The translations under genes and the position numbers were made by a program. From Longimicrobiales bacterium (GTDB lineage Bacteria > Gemmatimonadota > Gemmatimonadetes > Longimicrobiales > Gaopeijiaceae), in contig OZ220732.1 of NCBI GenBank assembly GCA_965116905.1, forward strand, positions 608,001 through 672,000: 64,000 bases of DNA, written 5' to 3'. Below the pieces are notes generated by a model that was given only the letters and a program-made list of their open reading frames with translations, was not told where the DNA came from and ran no database searches. This document shows positions 57,094-64,000 of the stretch, in pieces (within the stretch, counting starts at the first letter, position 1; every line of letters begins with the position of its first letter).

Positions 57094-59121
57094 ATGCGGC
57101 CCGTCCCGGTACTCGTCCCCGCGCTTCTGCTTGTCGCACTTCCTCTGGTCTCGCCCCCGGCGTCGCTGGCCCAGGACCGGCAAAACCCCCACGGCGAGTG
57201 GCGCTACCAGAGCGCCGACGCGTGGGGCACGCGCTACTCGCCCGTCGACCAGATCAACGCCGGCAACTTCGGTGACCTCGAGGTGGCGTGGGTGTGGCAC
57301 GCGAACAACTTCGGGCCCGAGGTCGACCAGCAGATGAAGTCGACGCCGACGTACGTGGACGGGCTGCTGTACACGGTGGCGGGGCAACGGCGCACGGTCG
57401 CGGCGGTCGACCCGGCGACCGGTGAGACCGTCTGGACCTACCGCGAGCCCAACACGATCCGCTGGGAGCGCTCGATGCGGCAGAACTACGGCAAGGGTGT
57501 CGCGTACGGCGAATTCGACGGCCGCGGCGTGATCTACTACACGTCGCCCGCGTTCTTCCTGCACGCGCTCGACGCCAAAACCGGACGCCATATCGAGGGA
57601 TTCGGCCAGCGGGTGCCGATCGACGGATTCCCCGAAACGGGCGTCGTCGACATGCTGCCGCCGCTTCTCGACGGCTGGGGACCGTGGGAAGGCGCCGAGG
57701 AGGACTACGACCCGGAGTACGGGATCCCGCGCGAACTCGGCTACATCACGACGTCGTCGCCGCCGATCGTGATCGACGGTGTGGTCGTGGTCGGCAACTC
57801 GGCGGAGCAGGGGTACTACCAGACGCGCATCGAGAACGTGCCGGGCGACATTCTGGGGTTCGACGCGCGCACCGGCGAGCACAGATGGAAGTTCCACGTG
57901 ATCCCGCGCCCCGGCGAGTTCGGTCACGAGACCTGGGAGAACGACGCCTGGCAGTACACGGGCGATGTCTCCTCGTGGGCGCCGATGTCCGCCGACTACG
58001 AGCGCGGGATCGTGTACATCCCCACCAACCCGCCCACGATCGACTACTTCGGCGGGTTCCGTCCCGGACACAACCTCTTCGGCACCAGCGTGATCGCGCT
58101 GGACGCCGCGACCGGCGAACGCGCGTGGCACTACCAGGTCGTCCATAACGACCAGTGGAACTACGACCTGCCCAACGTGCCTATCGTCGTGGATCTGACG
58201 GTGGACGGCGAAGCGGTGCCGGCCGTGATCCAGACCACCAAGACGGGCCTCATCTTCGCCTTCAACCGCGAAACCGGCGAGCCGGTCTGGCCGATCGAGG
58301 AGGTCGAGGTCCCGCAGACCGAAGTCCCCGGCAACTGGACCGCGGCGACCCAGCCGGTGCCGACCCGCCCGGAGCCCATGGAGCCCCTGGGTCTGTCAGC
58401 CGACGACGTGATCGACTTCACGCCCGAGCTGCGCGCCGAGGCGATGGAGATTCTGGGCCGCTACCGGGTCGGGGGACCGTTCGTGCCGCGGCTGTACGAG
58501 GGATACGACGGGCCCGTCGCCGAGAACATCCGCTGCTACGGCGGGCTGAACATCACTCACCCGGCGACGCTCGATCCCACCACCGGGATCCTGTATGCCT
58601 CGCACCGGCGCAACTGCAGTGGCGGGCGGGTGGGCCTCGGCGCCGACGCGGACGACCAGGACGATCCCAGGACGACGGGCATCACCATTTCCCAGTGGGT
58701 CGCGGGCGCCGGTGGCGGGCTTCCTCGCGTGCAGGGCCTGCCGATCCCGAAACCCCCGTACAACCGCCTTTCCGCGTACGACATGAACACCGGCGAGCGG
58801 CTCTGGTGGATTCCGATTGGAGAGGTCGCCGAGAGCGTTCGCGACCACCCGGCCACGCAGGGCGTCGACCTGTCGCGCGCGGGGGGCGGGGGACTCTCGA
58901 TCCAGATGGTGGCGGGCGACCTGCTCTACACCACCGAGGGTGCGAACGGGCCACCGGTGCTGAACGCCTGGGACAAGAGGACGGGCGCACCCGCAGGCAC
59001 CGTGGAGATGCCGGGCGCTGGCCAGTACGGCATGATGACCTACAGCCACGAGGGCGTGCAGCACATCGTGGTGCAGGTGGGCCGGCCCGGGAGGCTGGTG
59101 GCGCTCAGGCTGCCGGAGTAG
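57094..59121 (+). CDS. PQQ-binding-like beta-propeller dehydrogenase (quinoprotein glucose dehydrogenase-like)
   Basis: RYSPVDQIN, STP, WHYQVVHNDQWNYDLP, FNRETGEPVWPIEE, MTY. Confidence 0.88.
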   Translation: MRPVPVLVPALLLVALPLVSPPASLAQDRQNPHGEWRYQSADAWGTRYSPVDQINAGNFGDLEVAWVWHANNFGPEVDQQMKSTPTYVDGLLYTVAGQRRTVAAVDPATGETVWTYREPNTIRWERSMRQNYGKGVAYGEFDGRGVIYYTSPAFFLHALDAKTGRHIEGFGQRVPIDGFPETGVVDMLPPLLDGWGPWEGAEEDYDPEYGIPRELGYITTSSPPIVIDGVVVVGNSAEQGYYQTRIENVPGDILGFDARTGEHRWKFHVIPRPGEFGHETWENDAWQYTGDVSSWAPMSADYERGIVYIPTNPPTIDYFGGFRPGHNLFGTSVIALDAATGERAWHYQVVHNDQWNYDLPNVPIVVDLTVDGEAVPAVIQTTKTGLIFAFNRETGEPVWPIEEVEVPQTEVPGNWTAATQPVPTRPEPMEPLGLSADDVIDFTPELRAEAMEILGRYRVGGPFVPRLYEGYDGPVAENIRCYGGLNITHPATLDPTTGILYASHRRNCSGGRVGLGADADDQDDPRTTGITISQWVAGAGGGLPRVQGLPIPKPPYNRLSAYDMNTGERLWWIPIGEVAESVRDHPATQGVDLSRAGGGGLSIQMVAGDLLYTTEGANGPPVLNAWDKRTGAPAGTVEMPGAGQYGMMTYSHEGVQHIVVQVGRPGRLVALRLPE

Positions 59122-59761
59122 AAGGCCCGAACACCGCCACCCGCCACAGGAACCCGTCGCGGATGTACCGCCGCGACAGCCCGTTGCGCTCCAGCACCGC
59201 CGTGACCTCGTCAGGGTCGTGGACGAAGACCCGGAAGGGGTGCTTTCGCAGCCGCTGGATCAGGTTCACCAGCGCGACCCCGGCGCGTATGAACCAGGTC
59301 CTCCGCGGGAAGACCAGGCCCAGTGCGCGCCGGGCGAGCGGGGCCGCCGCGCCGAGCATCGCGGGCATGTCGGGGTAGCAGCAAACCACCCGGTCCAGCG
59401 TGACCATGTCGGCGGGTTCGATCTCCGCGGCCCGTTCCACGAAGTCGCCGTCGAGGTATTTCATGCTGTCCGCATGGCCCCGCGCCTCCGCTTCGGCACG
59501 CGCCGCCGCCAGGTAGGCAGGCGAGGCGTCCGCGCTGGTGCCGCCTGCCGCCCCCCGGTCCATGAGCTCGTGCTGAATGGCGCCGACGCCGCCGCCGACA
59601 TCGACGAACGTGCGGCCTTCGACCCCGCCCGCGGCCACGGCATCGATGAGCCGCCGCGTCACCGCGCCCGGACCCTTGCGCCGGTATTGCCTGAGCTGAC
59701 GCTGCGCCATCCTGTTGCCGAACATGTCCTCGATCCCGCGGCACTGCGCGCAACAGCTCAT
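59105..59761 (-). CDS. Class I SAM-dependent methyltransferase
   Basis: VDVGGGVG, GDFV, LDRVVCCYPD; Cys-rich N-terminus MSCCAQC. Confidence 0.85.
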   Translation of the reverse strand: MSCCAQCRGIEDMFGNRMAQRQLRQYRRKGPGAVTRRLIDAVAAGGVEGRTFVDVGGGVGAIQHELMDRGAAGGTSADASPAYLAAARAEAEARGHADSMKYLDGDFVERAAEIEPADMVTLDRVVCCYPDMPAMLGAAAPLARRALGLVFPRRTWFIRAGVALVNLIQRLRKHPFRVFVHDPDEVTAVLERNGLSRRYIRDGFLWRVAVFGPSTPAA

Positions 59762-61479
59762 GAGCCTGGCCCGTCGCCGCGGGGAGCCGCCTTCCGTCCC
59801 ATCAGCAACACGCCCACCGCCAGCACCGTCGCCGCGCCGATCACGTTGTGCCACAGGAACGACACCTCGGGCGCGCCGAAGGTCACCGCAGCCACCGCCA
59901 GCATCCCGGCGAGCAGGCCCGCAAACGCGCCGATCCCCCGCGCCCGCGACAGCATGGCCAGCAGGAAGACCCCCAGGATCGAGCCATAGAAGAATGACCC
60001 GAAACGGTTCACGACCTCGATCAGCGAGCCGAGGCTGACCGCGTAGACCGCCACGAAGCACGCGAACACCCCCCAGAACGCGGTTGCGACTTTGGACACC
60101 CTGAGGTAGTGGGCATCGCTCTCCTCCGGCCGGAACCAGCGGCGGTAGAAGTCGATGATGCTCGTGGTCGACAGCGAGTTCAGTTCGGACGAAATGCTGG
60201 ACATGGCGGCCGCGATGATCGCTGCGATGAAGAGCCCGGCGAGGCCCACCGGCAACTCGCCGAGCACGAAGCGGGGGATGATGTAGTTGACGTCGCGGGA
60301 GGGTTCGCCGGTGACCTCTTCAGCCATGGACAGGGCCTCGGCCCGGATAAGCTGGACGTCCGCTTCCCGGGCCAGGAACTCGTCCATGGCCGCTTGCGCA
60401 CCAGCCTCCTGGCCAGCCGCCTCCTGACCGATCGCCGCCTGGCCGGCCGACCCGTCAGCCGCGCGGCGAGCCGCATCCTCCCTCAACTCCAACGCCTCGC
60501 CGTAGCGATCCTGCAGCGCCTGGTACTCGGCACCCCGGGCGTCCACCACCGCGCTCTCGTGGGCCGGGTTGTACAGCAGCGGCGCGGGGCGGAACTGGTA
60601 GTAGACAAAGACCATCACGCCGACGAGGAGCACCAGCGCCTGGAGCGGGATCTTCCAGTAGGCGCTCATCAGCAGCGAGGTGCGCGCGCCATCGACCGAC
60701 TTCGCGGCCAGGTAGCGCTGGACCTGGCTCTGGTCGGTGCCGAAGTAGGACAGCATGAGGAAGGTCCCGCCGATCAGCCCCGACCAGAAGGTGTACGTTT
60801 CGCTCAGGTCGAACGAGAAGTCGAAGACCTTGAGCCGGCCCGTGGCCCCCGCGATGTGGAGCGCTTCGCCCGGCGACACCGGCATCTGCACGATCAGCAC
60901 GACGACCACCGCCAGCAACGCGAAGACGATCAGGACCATCTGCTTGACGTCGGCCCAGGTGACCGCCTGAATGCCGCCCAGCATCGTGTAGGCGACCGTC
61001 GGCACCCCGATCAGCGCCACGCACCACACCAGCGGCCACCCGAACACCGCCGAGAACACCACCGCCGGCGCGGCGATGATCACCCCGCAGGACATGCCAC
61101 GCGACAGCAGGAAGAGCAGCGCGGTCAGTGTGCGCGTCCCCGGTCCGAAGCGCCGCTCCAGGTACTCGTAGGCGGTGTAGACGCCGGCGCCGCGCAGGAA
61201 CGGCACGAGCGTCACGCCCAGAATCACCATCGCGAGCGGCAGCCCGAAGTAGAACTGCACGAAGCGGAGGCCGTCGGTGGCGCCCTGGCCCGTCGTGCCG
61301 ATCATGGTGACCGCCGAAAGCTGCGTGGCCATCACCGAAAGGCCCACGGCCCACCACGGCAGCGAGCGGTTGGCGAGAAAGTATCCCTGGATCTCGTCGG
61401 TTCCCCGGGCCCGCCGCACCCCGTCCACGACGACGTACGCCAGGTAGGCGCCGACGATCAGCCAGTTGATCGGATGCAT
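59758..61479 (-). CDS. Sodium:solute symporter family protein
   Basis: YFLANRSLPWW, YEYLERRF, GTDQSQVQRYL, AAAMSSISSELNS. Confidence 0.93.
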   Translation of the reverse strand: MHPINWLIVGAYLAYVVVDGVRRARGTDEIQGYFLANRSLPWWAVGLSVMATQLSAVTMIGTTGQGATDGLRFVQFYFGLPLAMVILGVTLVPFLRGAGVYTAYEYLERRFGPGTRTLTALLFLLSRGMSCGVIIAAPAVVFSAVFGWPLVWCVALIGVPTVAYTMLGGIQAVTWADVKQMVLIVFALLAVVVVLIVQMPVSPGEALHIAGATGRLKVFDFSFDLSETYTFWSGLIGGTFLMLSYFGTDQSQVQRYLAAKSVDGARTSLLMSAYWKIPLQALVLLVGVMVFVYYQFRPAPLLYNPAHESAVVDARGAEYQALQDRYGEALELREDAARRAADGSAGQAAIGQEAAGQEAGAQAAMDEFLAREADVQLIRAEALSMAEEVTGEPSRDVNYIIPRFVLGELPVGLAGLFIAAIIAAAMSSISSELNSLSTTSIIDFYRRWFRPEESDAHYLRVSKVATAFWGVFACFVAVYAVSLGSLIEVVNRFGSFFYGSILGVFLLAMLSRARGIGAFAGLLAGMLAVAAVTFGAPEVSFLWHNVIGAATVLAVGVLLMGRKAAPRGDGPGS

Positions 61480-61483
61480 GGGG

Positions 61484-61603
61484 CTACGCGTGATAGGTGG
61501 CCTGGAGCAGCCACAGCAAAGCGAGCGTCACCACCTGGACCAGAAGCACCCGCCCCAGCGTCACGCGGAAGCGGGTGCGGGTGTCCTGCCCGTCAGTGGT
61601 CAC
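61484..61603 (-). CDS. Small single-TM protein upstream of symporter (39 aa)
   Basis: GTG overlapping MerR stop (GTGA), GGAG upstream; hydrophobic VLLVQVVTLALLWLL. Confidence 0.6.
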   Translation of the reverse strand: MTTDGQDTRTRFRVTLGRVLLVQVVTLALLWLLQATYHA

Positions 61604-62379
61604 TGGCGACTCCTCCACCGCGCCTCGTTCGCCCGGATCGCATCCTGGACAAACGCGGCCAGCCCGCTGCCGCGCTTCTCGAAATACTTCTCGAAGCGCG
61701 GGTCCTCCGTGTACATCTCGGCGAGGCACCGGTGCATGTGGTGGTTGCACGGGTAGAACCAGCGGTCGATGTGGCAGCGGTGCTCCTCGGCCAGATCCAT
61801 CGCGGCCCGTCCGGCCGCCTGACCGCCCTCGGCCATCAGCTCGGCCAGCCTGGCCACCACCGTCTCGCCCTCTTCCCTGATCCTGGCCCAATCGCTCTTC
61901 CCGTAGCGGCGCGTGCGGCGCATCGACTCCCTGTAGGCGTCGGTGTCACCCCAGCGCTGCTCGGCCTCGTCCTGGTACTGCTCGTGGTCGAACTCCTCGA
62001 GCCCTTCGAACATCTCGGTCCTGTCCATTTCCGTCTCCTCCTCCATCGCCGTCAGGGCCCGGTCGACCCCGCGGATGATCCTGTCCGTTCTCTCCTGTCG
62101 CTCCCGCAGCAACTCCCGCTGCGCCACCAGCGCGCTGCGCCTGTCGTACGCCGGAGCGTCGAGCAGCTGCCCGATGGCGTCCAGACTGAAGCGCAGATCG
62201 CACAGTAGCCGAATCTGGCGCAGCCGCTCCAGATCGCCGTAGTCGTAGAGCCGGTAGCCCTGCTCCGACCGCCGCGACGGCACGAGCAGTCCGATCCGGT
62301 CGTAGTGGTGCAGCGTACGCACCGTGACGCGGGCCAGCGCGGCCACCTGGCCGACCGTGTGGAGTTGTGCAGCTTCCAT
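61600..62379 (-). CDS. MerR family regulator with TipAS antibiotic-binding domain (TipA/Mta-like)
   Basis: TVRTLHHYDRIGLL, YRLY, EAEQRWG, LAEMYTEDPRF. Confidence 0.92.
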   Translation of the reverse strand: MEAAQLHTVGQVAALARVTVRTLHHYDRIGLLVPSRRSEQGYRLYDYGDLERLRQIRLLCDLRFSLDAIGQLLDAPAYDRRSALVAQRELLRERQERTDRIIRGVDRALTAMEEETEMDRTEMFEGLEEFDHEQYQDEAEQRWGDTDAYRESMRRTRRYGKSDWARIREEGETVVARLAELMAEGGQAAGRAAMDLAEEHRCHIDRWFYPCNHHMHRCLAEMYTEDPRFEKYFEKRGSGLAAFVQDAIRANEARWRSRQ

Positions 62380-62386
62380 GGCGGAC

Positions 62387-62417
62387 ATGGTAAACCCTGA
62401 CGTTACGTAAGGGTCAA
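62387..62417 (-). promoter_or_regulatory. MerR-type promoter/operator with 19-bp spacer
   Basis: TTGACC-19nt-TACCAT with dyad ACCCTTACG-TAA-CGTCAGGGT. Confidence 0.85.
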
Positions 62418-62457
62418 GGGCCGGGCTCCTCGGGGGCCGGCGCGGTAGCGTATCGGC

Positions 62458-63060
62458 TCAACCCCCGCCCCCCGGCAGATACTTCGCCGGAATCGGGTGG
62501 TCCGGCCCCTCGCCGAGCCAGAAGATCGACACGACCCACCAGCGCGCACCGTCGTTCATCAGCTGGATCGAGTTGATGCCGCGCGCGAACGGCTCCGGAT
62601 CGCCCGCCAGCCGCCGCGACTCGTACGTGCTGAACGCGTGGGCAATCTGGCCGTATTCCTCGGTCACCCGGTGGATCTCGACCTCATGGAAGCCGTTGGC
62701 CTCCAGCATCTCGCCGACCCCTTCCGCGTACTCGTCGGGCGTGATCACCCTGCGCTGGTACGTCGACTCGCCGGGTGGCCGGCCGACCGGGCTCAGGGTG
62801 CCGCCGGGCGCGAACAGCGACAGGAAGCGGTCCCAGTCGCGCGCCACGCCCGCATCGCCCGAGATCACGTCGTAGAGGGCGGTGATGATGGCGTCGATGG
62901 ACTCGACATCTGCGGGGTTGGCGGGCGGAGCAGCGTTTTGTTGGGCTGAGGAGGGCGTCGGTGCGGCCGCGGCGGCCATGGCCACCAGGAACGCCACGGT
63001 GCCGGCGGCGGCGCGGAGGGAGGGTCGGGAGGATGGGCGCGGGGCAGTGGTCAGCCTCAT
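62458..63060 (-). CDS. Exported NTF2/SnoaL-like hypothetical protein
   Basis: DVESIDAII.ALY.VISG..RDWDRF..AHAFSTYE..RGINSIQL..WWVVSIFW. Confidence 0.75.
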   Translation of the reverse strand: MRLTTAPRPSSRPSLRAAAGTVAFLVAMAAAAAPTPSSAQQNAAPPANPADVESIDAIITALYDVISGDAGVARDWDRFLSLFAPGGTLSPVGRPPGESTYQRRVITPDEYAEGVGEMLEANGFHEVEIHRVTEEYGQIAHAFSTYESRRLAGDPEPFARGINSIQLMNDGARWWVVSIFWLGEGPDHPIPAKYLPGGGG

Positions 63061-63124
63061 GGGTCGCGGTCCTTGAATGGGTCGTGTGGAAGCGGCGAGC
63101 GAACTGGGCGCCGGACGCGGAAAG

Positions 63125-64000
63125 CTAACGCTGTTGGTCCGCGAGCCCACCGGTCCCGCAAACGGTGAATGTCCTCCGGCCCCTGCGGATCAGGTAGGGC
63201 TGCTTCGCGTCCGGAACCACAATGTAGTCTCGCCCGTGCGGATACCGGCGCCGGAACGCAGCCACCGGAGCCGGGCTGATCTCATCCGGGTCGATCTTGC
63301 ACTCGAAGGTATCCACCCGTCCTTCCGGCCGACGGACCACGAAGTCGACCTCCCGCCCCGACTTGTCACGCCAATAGAAGATGTGGTCGTCCAGGTGACG
63401 AAACCTGAGGGAGTCCAGCACCAGGTGTTCCCACAGGAGTCCGCGATCGTCCTCCCGGATTCGATTCCAGCCCCGCTCAAACGTCACGAAGCCCGTGTCG
63501 AAGGCGTAGCACTTGGGCCGGCTGACGATTTCCCCGCCACCGCCTCCCCGGAATGGCCGCAGCAGGTGGATGGCGTGCGCAATCTGAAGGGCCTCGACAT
63601 GGGACTTGACTGTGGGACGGCTCATCTCTGACAGCCGGGAAAGGCGACTGTAGTCGACCTGCCCGCCGCTCCACCTCATCAGAAGCCTGAACAGCCCAAG
63701 GAATCCCTGGCGATTGCGGACGCTGAACAGCTCAAGGACGTCCCGGGCGTAAAAGCTGTCGATCCACTCCGCAAACGCATGGGGAGACTTGGTCTCCGCC
63801 AGCAGCGCCTCCGGCAGTCCACCGTGCAGAAGGCGGCGGTCGAAGTCCGCGATCCCGAAGGCGCCGACACATTCCTCCCACAGGACCGGACAAAGGTGGA
63901 CCGCACGCTTGCGTCCTGTCAGCGAGTCACGAAACTTGCCGGTCGCGGCCAGCGTGGACGAGCCGGTGGCAAGGATTCTGAGGTGTGAGTATTCGTCGGC
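63125..64000 (-). CDS. AAA_14 ATPase with DUF4143 domain (5' end runs off window)
   Basis: Frame open from 64000: ATGSS, SLTGR, GGLP, PKCYAFDTG, LWEHLV, YWRDKSGREVDF, ECK. Confidence 0.88.
   Translation of the reverse strand, partial: ADEYSHLRILATGSSTLAATGKFRDSLTGRKRAVHLCPVLWEECVGAFGIADFDRRLLHGGLPEALLAETKSPHAFAEWIDSFYARDVLELFSVRNRQGFLGLFRLLMRWSGGQVDYSRLSRLSEMSRPTVKSHVEALQIAHAIHLLRPFRGGGGGEIVSRPKCYAFDTGFVTFERGWNRIREDDRGLLWEHLVLDSLRFRHLDDHIFYWRDKSGREVDFVVRRPEGRVDTFECKIDPDEISPAPVAAFRRRYPHGRDYIVVPDAKQPYLIRRGRRTFTVCGTGGLADQQR

Noticed and set aside
63679..64000. Apparent truncation of the DUF4143 ATPase at 184 aa
   Set aside because: The frame is open to the window edge; the gene simply starts outside the window

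Overview
GC-rich bacterial chromosomal window with about 45 CDS and no rRNA, tRNA or CRISPR that I can see. Gene content suggests a Gemmatimonadota/Acidobacteriota-like heterotroph (inference only): many secreted peptidases and hydrolases, lipoprotein beta-propellers and a TonB receptor. Core-type genes are ygfZ, selD (in-frame UGA read as Sec), lon, ggt, a PAS kinase/NarL pair, several transporters and a MerR/TipA regulator. The top finding is a coupled gene pair at 9174-11944. One gene is a membrane protein with both PmoC/AmoC-style metal motifs (D-x3-H-x12-H and D-x3-H-x13-H) followed by PmoA-like segments. Its partner has PmoB-like topology with a predicted N-terminal His. Together they may be a highly divergent, C-A-fused relative of the copper membrane monooxygenases. 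Other notable features are a DUF222/HNH element bounded by 37-bp inverted repeats whose centre is replaced by cargo genes, a triple GGGAAAACCC operator array shared by that cargo and the TonB/two-component locus, a Schlafen/AlbA_2 protein with a beta-rich tail, parS-like palindromes, and phased palindromes plus a sigma54-like promoter upstream of lon. All family calls come from motif recognition by eye, not database searches.
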